DNA of 64,000 nt. It comes from Zygnema circumcarinatum SAG 698-1b. Taxonomy: Eukaryota; Plantae; Zygnematophyceae. The notes under the pieces were generated by a model. That model did no database searches and had not been told where the DNA came from. It saw only the letters and a list, made by a program, of their open reading frames with translations. Positions 49,610-61,998 of this stretch are shown here, in pieces. Where the stretch lies: positions 868,001 through 932,000 of the forward strand of contig CM074805.1 of NCBI GenBank assembly GCA_037447605.1, given 5' to 3'. Made by a program: the position numbers and the translations under genes. How positions within the stretch are numbered: the first letter of the stretch is position 1; each line of letters opens with the position of its first letter.

Positions 49610-52600
49610 TCACAACTCATCATGGTCGTAGTCGCTCGCGAATTCCAGGACGAGTTCTTCAAGATACATCTTCTTCACCATGCGGTATTGGATTGTCAAG
49701 TCGATGAGCCCATTCAGCGCCCCAACATGGCCACAATGCTCCCCAGCGCACTCTGCCTCCTGCTTCCTCCTCCCTACATTGATGGTCTTTTTGTCCATCG
49801 TAATGGTGGTCTTGAACGACTCCAAGATTTCCAGACACCTTCTACTTACCGACACAAAAGCATCCTCCACCTCCACCTCCCAGTCGGACTCATCAGCCGT
49901 CCACGGCCCCCCATGGGTCTCCCTCTCGAGCATAGCAAATGCCCCAATAAGCCGCGAGTCTACAACTCCATTAGGATAAAGCACAAGGGCCTCTCCATGA
50001 GTGTTGTCATGCGGATCAATGTAATCCGACCCCACCGCATTCAAACGATTGGCTAAGTCAGCCCTCCCCACAGACTGCAGCTGCTTCGCAGCTCCCTCCT
50101 TCGCAGCCTCTATGAAGTGCTCAAATGCGTCCTCTGGTATGGCTCTTTTCTTTCCCCGAAATGCTTTATGAAATCTGCACAGATAGTCCACGTCAAAATC
50201 TGTGGCTGAGACCATCCATCACCATCCTATAAACCTCAAATCACTCTTCTGTTCTTCAATTCTCCGTCCTAGACTCTTCCAACGACTGCTGTTACGAGGC
50301 AGAGATGAGTACCTTTTGATGTACCATTCGACAGCTTCAGCCAAGCTGTAGAACAAGACAGTGGAGTCACGTGGATTGGAAGCTGTCACCAGACCGTAAA
50401 ACACAAACATTGCTTCCGTTGTAAGGTCTCCATAGTCCGCCAAAGCCGCACTCCCAATCGGAATATGACCCTGTGCGAGCAGCTCTACGCGGTCACTAAA
50501 AACGCCGACTCCTCGCCAATCAGTGTTGGGCTGCATGCAGAAAAAAGGAGGGCTCACCAAAATGAGGTAGGAAGAATAAGTACGCAGCAGCAACCTCTAC
50601 AAACCGGTGGACATAAATGGCAACAAGCCTCTAACCTTCTCCGCTTCAAAAAACTGGCCAGCTATTTTTCCATCGTGCATTCTCGAGTGACAAAGGCACA
50701 AATATACGACTCACTAAACGTTTCTGTCCCTGTCTCTCTGCCTCTGTCGCGGTTTCAGCCTCAGTTTCCTTCGCAGGCAACAAGTATGATGGCAGCATTC
50801 AAACCTCCACGTGGTGATTTAAGAGATCTGCAATGGGCAGAAACATGTAGCGCCAACTCCCTTCCAGACTTCCCTCACTGCAGGATAAACAGTCGAATAA
50901 TGTATATTAAAATCGAAAAAAAAGGCCAACGACAAAAGCGAAAGCGAATGAAAGAATCGAGCAAACAATTTGGAATGCTTGTTCTTGTTCTCACCTCACC
51001 TTCTGGGTACAAACAACGCGAAAGCGTGATTCCACACCATGGTGAGGGCCCAACCAAAAGCCTCCCATGATGCATATGCGATTGCTTCAGGCTCACAAGC
51101 TTCATAGGCTTCCGCTGCCTCACTCTGAAGGTCCCTGATACGGCGGATGGTGGGCTCATACTGCACTTCAAACAGCTGATCTTGATGGAGATCCATCCAT
51201 GGAATGAGGTGGTGTTGAGGGAAGGTATCAAGGTATGGTTTCCATGGAGACTTATCACCCTGAACCGCATGGAAATAGGGATTCCAAGTCCAAAAGATTA
51301 AACATGTTAGGAATTTAGCTTCACTTGGTCGGTCGGTCTCGACCGAGGGGTTTTCAGATATGAGTGAAAACTACAACCCCCCTCTCCCGCTCCCTCTCTC
51401 TCTCGCACGTTTGTGCTGTTGCTCCCCTCCCTTTCCCCAGAGGCACAGCCTCTACTCGCCTTCACTGCTCCCTCACTGCATTTTGACTTAAGGTTGAAAC
51501 AGAAACCGCATTGTTTTGTCCATATCGACTGCATTCTGCGTCACCTAACTGCATTTCCATGTTGCTTGTTGAGTCAAAGTCTCACCAGTGCTAACTCGCG
51601 CAGGAGCTTTGCCGCAAGAGCAACCTGCCAGTCAGCTCCGTGATAAGGCCTAGGATCATTCTCCTGAAGTTCGAACGCTATAGAGTATGGGATTGTCACC
51701 ATAACATCACCGAATTCAAATGGAGAAACTGTGAAAAGTGCTCTATCATCGGCTTGTACATCGGGCAAGTATATGGACAACTTGTTGTGCGGGGGAAAAA
51801 CCTGTACGGAACAATGAGGAGTGAGAATCAGATAAGCACAGAGTCTTGGAAACGAGAGAAAGTCAATCAAAGAGGAAGGAAAATGAAGAGGGAAAGAGAT
51901 GAAGAATTAGAGTCGGAGAAAGAAACGAGAAAGAACAGAAAAAGGTAGGACAGTTATAGGAGAAAATAGAGAGAATGATAAACTGATGGAGGGTACAGAA
52001 CGAGCTTCACTATCTTGCCTAAAGCGAGATCCAAAGTTAAGACCCAATAGTCTTCACTAGAAATTTCAGGTCTCCTTCAAAACGAAAGTGATCGAGTAAA
52101 ATTGACGAGCTCTAATGCTTGGTATCCCGTGCAAATTCATGTAACCGAGTTTGTTACAGAGAGAGAGAAGCGTTGACAGTGAGCGTGTACACATTGATGC
52201 TAATGAAAAATAGCATGGATGGATCGTACAAGTGCATGGAGCATCCTTGCAGGTTTCAAAGCTCTCATTCTATTCAATAGTCGTTCTGAACTGATACATA
52301 GCGAGAAACTGCATAACTGTATGCTGTCCAAAAGTATGGTCAAATATTCACACGATTAAAGCAAAATACCTGGGGGCAAATTTCTTACAGACATGAGGGA
52401 AAGTAAACACGGTTTTAAACATTCAATGCAGATTTCGAAGTCATTTTATTGCTAATTCCTGACGATCTGACTTGGTTTTGATTCTGTACTTCTGTCTGCC
52501 CTATCAGAATCACCTGGAAGGCTGCCGCTGTCAGGGACAACTAGAAAGCCCTCAGCGCAAAATTTGTTAATTGTTGTGCTTCAAACCTCTCTGGCGAGCA

Positions 52601-53122
52601 CGAGAGGTACCACAAAGACTTTCAATGCCATTTTGTAGGTCACAGCGACTTAGATTCTATAATTACTTGACGCACCGAGCCGATTCGATACTCAAAGAGA
52701 CTGAATGACGATAATTTATACACAAGCAATGCGAATTCTTTTCATATCAACCTTCTGAGATCGAGCGAATTTGAGATTGTTACTGAAATACTGAAATCAT
52801 TTCAAGAGCCTGCCGCAAGATAGCTGTGTTTCTATGTCTGACCGCCCTCCAGTCTGCAAAAGCAGCCTCATCATGCTTCAAGAGGGATCCATGGCGGGTG
52901 CGGATCCCGCAAGGATCTCTCAGGCTATTCCAGGCAGTGATGGCAGAGGTAACGGACCTCGGTCACATTGTTGTGCCGAAGCCAATCCAGAAACACAACT
53001 GTGGCATTGCGATCTCCCGATAAATCGCCTCCTGCCTCTTCCTTCTCGCTCTCTCCGACAGCCATGTCCGAGGCTGCGAGAAGAAATCCAAGAAGCAAAA
53101 GCCATAGCTCGACAGGTGGCAT
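49610..53122 (-). CDS. SET-domain protein methyltransferase (Rubisco-LSMT/SETD3 class), about 498 aa, with signal peptide and C-terminal HDEL
   Basis: GT-AG exons 53122-52958, 51801-51586, 51259-51000, 50877-50805, 50530-50313 and 50174-49610 join in frame. SET motifs FLDWL, DRALF..GDVMVTIP, LAAKLLRE..SPWKPYLDTFP, AFGWALTMV, LPIADLLNH and ADYG..FVFYG..NPRD. LSMT substrate-binding-like end ILESFKTTITMD..QYRMVKK. Terminates YDHDEL*. Confidence 0.88.
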
Positions 53123-53988
53123 CTAGCAGCCGCTCATTAGAAAGACTGCCGTAAACTTCCACTTCCGGCGGACACGCGGCGGCTGCAGAGAGACGATGAA
53201 GGTGCCCCCTTATACCCTTCTCCTGGACGCCGAGACACTTCGCCCATAGCCTGCCCGCGCTGTCACCGCATTATCATCGCGGCTGTTCCAGCGCAGGGAG
53301 GGAGGGAGGTAGGGAGGGAAGGAGGCGGGAGTGAGCAGCGGCAACCCCGTTAAGCTACCGCGACGACCAGCACCACAGCTTAGGGAACCGAGGGACGTAT
53401 CGGCTGTACACTGATGCCATGTCGAATCGAATCGAATCGTATCTTTACTATCTTGACGTGTATCGATATGACAATTATGATCGTTACAAAACGATATATC
53501 GTACGCGCATATCGGTGCTCTGGGATGCCCTCGTCATACGGGCACATTGTTGTCACGTGGCATTACGTTAATGGCTGCGTCCGCGACATGTGGCGTCATC
53601 AGACTGTAGGACAAGGGCTTGACTTTGTGCCACGGGGCGGCAGCTTTGTCGTTTGCGAAAAGGCCACTTCGCCGGCGTGTTGGCTATGACCTTCAGAACG
53701 TGCCGGCGCCGGCAAGCTCGATCGTGTATGGCCGGCAGCTCCGCTGGCCGGCCGAAGTACGGTCAAGGCGCCGGCGGAAAGGCCGGCCGGCACCGGCAAG
53801 CTCTGTCGGTCACAGCCGATACGCTGGCAAGTTTCCGATACGACCACCAATGGCCATGGCTTTGTTGACTTGGCGGTACAGTACTGATGATCACGAGCAC
53901 CGTAATGGTTATAGTCATGGTCATGACTATAAGGGCGAAGATGAAGGGGGCGGGGAGGGAGAGAGGGAGGGGCTGAGGGACGGCGGCC

Positions 53989-55935
53989 ATGGCGGAAAGG
54001 GGCGTCTGGAGAATGCGGTGCTGCGATCCCTGTAGTTATGGCCGCAGCAAGGTTACTTCCAGCGGCAGCTTCAAAATCTTAAGTCACCCGGGTCGTCGTA
54101 AGCCTGAACTGTCGTCTGCAAATGTGAACGGTGTTAGCAACATCCATGGCGGTTACAGGTACAAAATGAGGTTGGATTCTTCTCTATTTTACAGAAGTAT
54201 GGCTATATTTAGGGGTTTTCATGCTGCTTACAAGGAAGACTGTTGCATTTCAGGAGGAAGGTTTGACAATGTTGCTTCAGGCTTGAGGTCAACTTCAAGG
54301 TTAAGGTTAGGGTTAAGTTTAGAGTTAGCTTTAGGGTTAGAGACCGGGTTAAGGAGCGGGCTTATTCACAATACTCGAGTTGTGAAGGCAAGGGCGTCTG
54401 GGTCATTTTTTGAGTTCAACAAAACACCGGCTCGCGATCGAAAATTAGATTTTGGCGCTCATAAGGGTAAGTGGTTAGGGACTGTACCTCCTAAGTATCT
54501 CAAATGGATAGTGAAGGAGGGTTTCAAGCCTGAGTCTGATAAAGTTGAAGTATATAACGAGGATGGTGAACCAGTAGACAACCCTCTTGATTATTGGGCA
54601 GCAGCTGCAAAGGAAGTGCTGTCAGATTCCGTGTATAGGGACCGTATAGAATGGGAAGAAATTTGGGGAGATAGTAAGATAGAGGAAGCTCATTTATGGA
54701 GGACAAAGGAAAAGTCATTCGGTTGGATACCAAGGGAAAATACAGAGGCCTGGAGGGGAGTTGATTATCGCTTGCTTGGAACATCCTTCACAAAACCCAT
54801 TCCCAGGTTAGGAAGTGGTCGCGATAGGAAAGTCATTCTTGAAAAACGTAAGGCTTCAGTGAAACAGGTAGTCTTGCCGGGCGTTGAGAATGACTTGCAA
54901 AGAAGAAGGGCTATGAGACGGAGGCGGAGATTGATGGCGGAGCAAGAGGCCACTGAGGGGACGGCAGTAGAGACCAAGGGATTCGGTATTGAAGGGAAAC
55001 GGGAGGAGGAGGAGGAAGAGGAGGAGGTCGCAAGGGAAGTGGTTACGCCTGCAAGTCTGTTTCCAGGAAGACAGGGGATGCTCTCTCAGTTTAACGAACT
55101 GCGGACAAAGAGCAGGGATGCGACAAGCAGTGAAGAAAAGGAAAGGCAAGGTGAACTTGAGACGGCCACTAGAGCGGAAGGACTGAGCTTCATTTCTAGA
55201 CAGGAGCTGGCAGGGTTGGTCCGGATGGGAGCAGCTCCTCGAGGCAAGCCGACTCGCGGTGACAAGGGAAAGGAGAGTGATGGGACACGCGCCAAGAGAA
55301 GGACAGTGACTAGATCGATGAATGAAGCGTTGAGCAATGAGCTCTTAAGGGTTTCAGAAGGGGATGGTAACGCAGCCAGAGATGACACACAAGCGAATGT
55401 TCAGACTGCTGATGGAGAGAGACAAGGACTATTGGCCAGGTATCTTAAACCAGTAAGGTCAAGGTCTACCATTCGAAGAGTTGAAGGAGATGAGAGTGAG
55501 GGAGTAGAACCGTCAGCTAGGTCTTCCAAGTCTCCCAGGTTGAGGAAGACCTCAAGGAGTCGACATGAAAGGGACGAAAGTGAGGGAGGGGAATCGCTGC
55601 TTGGTGAGGCACGTGAAGCGCGGGTCCCTTCTGCGAGCAGAAAGAGCGGAAATGCAGTTGGATCTTTGTTGACCAAATATTCTAAAGCGGCAAAGTCACA
55701 GGAGCCTTTGGCTGATGCAGGGGTTAATGATGGGAAGGTACAAGAGTCTCCAGTTCACACGGGTGGAGATGGCAATAGTAATGTTGCAGGGAATGGGGAG
55801 AGAGCAACGAAGAAAACGTCTGATGAACGTGCGGAGCGGAAGAAGGGAAAGCAAGGAGTAGGCCTGAAGGGATTGGTGCATAGAGAGCTCGACATGGTCG
55901 AGAATCTTTGGAGTTCGCGAAGTTCTGAAGTTTGA
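53989..55935 (+). CDS. 648-aa single-exon plant protein with a DUF3820/QSregVF_b-like domain and a long charged low-complexity C-terminus; possibly organelle-targeted
   Basis: Intact 1947-nt ORF with RDRKLDFGAHKGKWLGTVPPKYLKW..WAAAAKEVLSDSVYRDRIEWE, VDYRLLGTS..IPR and LFPGRQGML motifs, recognised from a conserved plant family. Confidence 0.8.
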   Translation: MAERGVWRMRCCDPCSYGRSKVTSSGSFKILSHPGRRKPELSSANVNGVSNIHGGYRYKMRLDSSLFYRSMAIFRGFHAAYKEDCCISGGRFDNVASGLRSTSRLRLGLSLELALGLETGLRSGLIHNTRVVKARASGSFFEFNKTPARDRKLDFGAHKGKWLGTVPPKYLKWIVKEGFKPESDKVEVYNEDGEPVDNPLDYWAAAAKEVLSDSVYRDRIEWEEIWGDSKIEEAHLWRTKEKSFGWIPRENTEAWRGVDYRLLGTSFTKPIPRLGSGRDRKVILEKRKASVKQVVLPGVENDLQRRRAMRRRRRLMAEQEATEGTAVETKGFGIEGKREEEEEEEEVAREVVTPASLFPGRQGMLSQFNELRTKSRDATSSEEKERQGELETATRAEGLSFISRQELAGLVRMGAAPRGKPTRGDKGKESDGTRAKRRTVTRSMNEALSNELLRVSEGDGNAARDDTQANVQTADGERQGLLARYLKPVRSRSTIRRVEGDESEGVEPSARSSKSPRLRKTSRSRHERDESEGGESLLGEAREARVPSASRKSGNAVGSLLTKYSKAAKSQEPLADAGVNDGKVQESPVHTGGDGNSNVAGNGERATKKTSDERAERKKGKQGVGLKGLVHRELDMVENLWSSRSSEV

Positions 55936-57349
55936 GGGCGCAATAGTTCTCTTTCTCTCCCTCTTCTCCTATCCTCCCCACCCCTCCCTCTCCCCCTCTC
56001 TCTCAATCCCTTTCTCTCTCCCTCTTTCACTTTCTCTCTCGCTCCCACACTCTCTCACCCTCTCACCCTCTCACTCTCTCCCTGTCATCTCTGCTTGTCT
56101 TTTACAAAAAATCTCGCGCAGCTATAATACATTTTTGAAAGAGGTAACTAACAGTTGAGTGGAAGACTTTTGGAGTGTCAAGAATTTTGGGTTTTTTAAA
56201 GTCTGAACTGCTTCCTGACAGCAACGGCGGGATAAAGCTTGTGAGCATTTGGAGACATCTAAGCATGAAAACAGTGCCAGCAAGAACTGAGGGACGAGCG
56301 ATCGGGTTAATCCGGAATGCTATACTTGTGGAGGACGTAAGTGAGCCCAATGGAGTGTTTAATTGAGCAATTTGATTTTACTTCCGGGGCAAGTTATCGA
56401 ATGTAATTGTTTTCAACATTTCAAATGTCAGGAAGGTAAACTATCGAGGCAATGGTCATTTCCCCCTGCCATCTCTCGCAACACTGACAACCCTAAGGTC
56501 TGGGGAGGGGCCACAAGACGTTTCCCGGCTTCTTCCCACATTACAGTAAGGGAAATCGGCAATTTTGCATTTCCAAAAAATGATTTGCTAGAGCACTTAG
56601 TAACTATCCGAAAAAGCTAATTTTTGTTCTCTCATGTTCTCTTTTCGAACAAAGTATACCAATGTTTCATCATGATATGCCGTACTACTTTCCCGCGCAA
56701 ATTGTAACTTTCATTTGATCAATAAAGTACTTCATAAATGGTTGTTCATACTAACGCAAGCAAAGGATTTGAGATTCCAATTGAGAGAATGAAAAGCTGA
56801 CGTTGAAATGCCTTAGGCACTTCCTAGGAGAACATTACTTTGGTGGTGGTGTGATATTTCACGGAGGTGGTGGCAGCTATGGTCTCAGCGAAAAATGGCA
56901 GGTCCATGACGCAGCGAAAGACCTGCCCACCGCAGGACGTGCCTTTCCTCGTCCCTTCCCTCCTTTTCTCATCCTTCTGACTTTGTCACTCAGAGAGACA
57001 AAGTTTAGTATCCTGTTGCTAGAGCCTTCCGAATGATTGCTACTCCTGGGCGGCAAGGCCGAGATGCCAACCCTCACCACCCCCACACCGGAATGGCCAG
57101 AATCCTCTCTGCCTGAGGCGCGTCTGTACCTTCGACCACCTGCGCTTATTGTCACACCTTCACCAGCAACAGACCTCCACTACTGCTCGACACAAAGGTT
57201 TTCGGGGAGACAAGAAGCAAGAATTAAAGATCAAAATAGAATGCAGTAGCCCTCCAACTGACAGGATTAGACGACGACTTGTATAAAGATTTAAAGCGGA
57301 AGTACATCATGGAAGGCCTTTTGATATACTCAGAGGACCCTTTCGGGTT

Positions 57350-60300
57350 TCAACCAAAGCCGCCAAAGCCTCCATGAAAGAACCCGTTGTCAAAGCCACC
57401 ACCCTGCTGGAAGTGAAACTGCCCTCCACCAAAGGGGTTGAAACCACCCCCTTGATGACCCTCTGGAGGCTCATCCTCCCCACGGTCGAATCTTCCTCTC
57501 TTCTCCTCGTCTCCCAATATCTGCTCATAAAAGGCAACACGCACATACTACAATTAACACAAGGCTTGAAGGCTTTCGTTATAAGCAAAATAAGACATTC
57601 GAAAACTATTATTCTTCTGAAGTACATCAAGAGATATCAGTTAAACATGCTGGACTTCGCTATCCTCCTAATCTAAGGATAGCACATTGGTGTTATCCCC
57701 TGGGTATACTATATACATGTTATCTCCTTCACAGCTTTGTCACAGCATCGTCACCCTCTCATTGCAGTGCCCATCCAATTTCCATTCAGGAGGACCGACA
57801 TTTCTAGAAAAAGGCGAAACCACGAAACAGACAGGATTCAGGTTTTCTTCGCTGCAGAGGAGCAGGGACCTACTCGATTAGCCCATCTCCAGGCAATAAA
57901 AAAATCATGTGTACAAAATTCCCATCCTTTCACTTTTTCTCTCCCACTCTTTCTCACCTCGTATGCCTCCGCGATCTCTCGAAAGTTCTTCTCAGCTTCC
58001 TCCTGATTCCCCACATTCTTGTCTGGATGCCACTGCAGTGCAAGTCTCTTGTATGCCTTCTTGATGGTCACTGAATCTGCATTCTTCTCCACTCCAAGAA
58101 TCTTGTACCAGTCTTTGCGTTTGCTCATTTTCAACAGCTTCTCAGCCTTCATGAGTTTCTCCATTACTCCACGGTCCTGTACGGAAGCCAAGGACGTTCT
58201 GGACTGGTAAGCAGGTTCTGGGCTAACATACTCAGGGTTCCGAAAAGTCATGGAGTTTGTAAGAACACAGATAACTAAGGGAGGGGAAGCTCAAATGAAA
58301 GACACCATGTGCCTGAAACAAATGATTGAGTGGCCGAACATCGCGGATTTGGCCTCGAAAGCTGCTGGTGGTATCAACCTGATGCAGCTATGTACATACC
58401 TGTGGAGCCTTTTCCCGTGCCAGCTTAAAGTCACTGACAGCTGCATCCCACTCCTCCAAGAGAAGGTGTGCGTCTCCTCTCTGCAATTGCACACATATCC
58501 TTGCCGACTCAGTTGCTATACACTTGAAAGGTTGGAAAAATGCCCAGCTTGACACAGAGACTCAGCTACACTGGGAAATCCAAATCGTAACAGACAAACT
58601 GAGAGAGGGGAATTCGGACCACATTTGCGTAAGCTTTTTGCATAGTCAGATGTTTCCAAGAGGCAGATAGCAATAGCAAGGCCTCACATTTGTCACAGCT
58701 TCCACGAGTTCTTCATCGATCTCTAAGGCTGATGAGCACGCTTTCAATGCGTCCTTTCCCCTCCCTAACTTTACCAACGTCTTGCAAAGCCCAAGGTACA
58801 ACTTCACGTTGAAGGCTGAATGAGTAGGGTCCACCTGTTCCCGCTCATCCCTTGCGTTCTCATGACTCTACTTCACAACCAGGAATTTCACTCGCCTCGC
58901 CTCGCTTACACAGAAAAGGGAATAAATAAAAAAATAAATAGGGCAGGAGAGGAGAGCTTTCCTGGTGCATTACGTCATCTTCAAGGGCCCTAGGCTATGC
59001 ATTCACTCCCTCTCTAAGCTAACAAGCGTAGGCCCTTTTTACTTGAGCCCGAAGTAAAATCCCACCGATGTGCTTTGATCTTCCGTGGCAAGAATCAAAC
59101 ATGGTAGATAAACGAACAGTTATTTTCACCTCTAACGCTGCTTGAAACTCCTCTGCCGCACTCCTCAGTTTACTCTTCGCCAACGACTCCTCAGCCTGCC
59201 AGTCATTCAGTCCTTAACTTTAGAAACCCGAGAGAGGCAAAGGCAATATTTTGCTTAGGCTACAGTCACAATTTAGTCTGTGAGGTAGGTCAAGGAAAGC
59301 CGTGGACATCAGAAGATGGAATGGAAGAAGCATACAGAGGCGTGGTGAAGGATTCGGCACAGAATGGAATCTACTTACAGCTTTATATTTTTTCTCAAGG
59401 TTTTTCAGCTTGCGATACTCCTTTTTCAGTTCAGTGTGCTCAGGGTCTGAACGAAGTCCAGCTTGGAAGTGTCTGTCAGTGAAAAGCGATATCATCCCCC
59501 TTATAAGTACGATACCAACTCATATTGTTTACATTCACAGAACGTGTTGAACGAGAGTTCTCATATTAGAACCATCCTTTCTAGACTACTTTGGTATTGA
59601 GATCGAGTTCAGAAACGGGGACCAAAACCTCCCCCTCTCCCTCTCCCATCAAAAGTGTCCGTCTCCCTGACTCCGTTCTCAAATCTCCCTAATGAAAGTC
59701 AGGATCTGTCCACCTTTCATGACTTTTGATCACTTTGCCAGGGAAAGCAGACCTTACCTCAGGGCCAACTCATGATCGGCGATGTAATAGTAACCCTTGC
59801 CACGGAGCAAAAGCCCTCGCAGGTCATTCTCATCTGCTTTCAGCACCTTTCCTGCCTCTGCAACAGCTCCTGCATAATCCTTTTCACCGAGCAGGATTTC
59901 GGCCTTCAAGAGGTGTGCCTGGAAGATTATGAAGAAAAAGAATGTGAGGATATCAGCGACGCTTCAGAAGATTGTTACATGCCGCAAAATTTTGTGCAGT
60001 CCCTGTGTTGGGTTACATGTAGGTGTAGTCAGCATGTGAGGTTATGCGTGTATGTGAGAGCTTGTAGACCCAAACCTCTCGGCAATCAGGAGAGTGGAGC
60101 AGAACTATTTGATCTAAATGCCCTTTGGCATTTGCCATGTCGTTCCGGGATAGCCATTCCTTAGCAAACCCCAAGCTTTCTTCCGCTGCTTTCGCGTCTT
60201 TCAGCTCCTTCTCTGCTGCCGCATGGCCCGGCCTCATTTCCAATATCTTTTCGAAATCAGCCAGAGCGCCCACAAACCTGTTCTCTCAACATAAAAGTTG

Positions 60301-61998
60301 AACAATGTTATTGAAGACTTCGAGTGGCTGTGAAAATTCAGACCTTCAGGAACACAAATGCATTAGGATACAATGGAAGTGTTTCCACTGAATAAGCAAT
60401 GTAGCCTTGTTTGACAGCAATAGCTGGCCGAGGGCAGAGGGAGAGAAATAAAGAGTTGAGAGTGAAGCTGGGAAGGCTACTCACTGGCAGGTCTGCCTAA
60501 GAAGGCGACCTCGATGCAAGTAACCCTGGAGAAAGGAAGGGTCCACCTCCACTGCCATGTCCAAATCCTTCAACGCTTCACCATTCTTCCTTTGCTGCAG
60601 GTACGCCGCAGCACGCTTGGTATAACCAAGAGGTGCTTTAGGATCAGCTCCTGTCAGGTATACAAGTTGCGAAGGATAGAGGTTATTAGGAAGAATTGTG
60701 ACGAGAGGGCTGTGATAATGGAAAAACTTTGTTATGGGTAATAGTCCATACAATCGCATCACCTGATACTGATTGGCCTCGAATGCAATCATGCCTATGA
60801 TGGAACATTCAGTAGTCGGATCAATTCTCAAAAACACTCTAGAATTGAATAAAGTAAGTGGTTTGCAACTTAACGGCATGAGTACACCAGTGTCCAATAA
60901 AACGAGAAGATGCACATTGGTAAAGAATTCATCTTGTCAATAATTTCAGTTGCCAAGAGCCCGTAGTCCCAAAATTATGACATGGAAAATGCTCATAACT
61001 TTGGAGCAAAGAGTTGACGAAAATTCATAGCTTATCATAGTTATGGTCAGTCTAGACAAAAGGAACACAAGCCTAAACAACAGAATTGAGGCCTCCAGAT
61101 ATTGACAAGCACATATCCTTTGATGCTCTATGGATGTTGACTGAGCACTCTGGTTGTTGTAAATAAATAGCTGTAGTTAAAGCAGTTTTACATTCTGCCA
61201 AAACCCAACATATGTAATGATAAAGTTCAACTTTATAGAAAATGCAAACGCATGTAAAAAGCAAAAAAGCGGGCGGAGCACAACTATGCCACACACTTGA
61301 AATGGCTGTAATCCCACCACTTCCATTACAATTGCATCCGCGTCCCACCGATAGGATGATTCCTTAATGCAAACCATCCAGCCACTTGTGGAAATGACAG
61401 TATTCATAATCTTTCTTATCCTATATTCCGCGGCCACCACCTAATCAGTAAACATAGGCATTCTTGGTCGAATTGTCATTCGGCTGTCAAGCACTGTAAG
61501 TAGCTCAGGTTATGGTAGAAGGGTCTCACCAATAAAGTCACTGTAGTGTTTAATGGCCGCCGTGAACTCCCCTCTCGAGATAGCCTGGTCTCCTGCTTGC
61601 AAGAGAGAGCCTGCTCCCACAAGATCACAACATAGAGGAAGAGCATCAGCTCTATAACCTTCCCACTGAACCGCTGTTAAATAGGATCGTGAAGTAACAA
61701 CTTTGTGTTCCTGACACGTGACATTACCACAGTACAAGACACATAGCAATTCCGGAAACGGAAATTTGTCGAGATCATTACTAGTCCTCAGAAGGTCAAG
61801 ATTTGGGCATCTTCATATAAATGTGATTTGAAATAAAGACTTACCTGCGTCCGCTGAAACACTCCTTATGAATGTAGCAGCAATAAGAGAAACAGCGATT
61901 TGAGCTGCTGAAGCTGATAAATGACGACTTCTTGAATTGCAAAGTGATCCCATCAGGAGAGGTGCACCCGAAAATCTGCAGATAGACAGTCCCGCCAT
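57350..61998 (-). CDS. P58IPK: ER-luminal TPR + J-domain co-chaperone P58IPK (DNAJC3 homolog), multi-exon
   Basis: Signal peptide ending SVSADAG. TPR exons ([48 protein letters not shown]). J domain [35 protein letters not shown]|[15 protein letters not shown]. Gly/Phe-rich tail. Confidence 0.95.

Noticed and set aside
50219-50221. In-frame TGA between two SET ORFs as readthrough, selenocysteine or pseudogene
   Set aside because: A plausible GT-AG intron (AAG|GTACTC..TGTGCAG|A, 50312-50175) removes it in phase.
49610-61998. Functional clustering of the ER-type SET gene with ER co-chaperone P58IPK
   Set aside because: They are separated by an unrelated gene and eukaryotic adjacency alone is weak evidence. 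Noted only as coincidence unless synteny is conserved.
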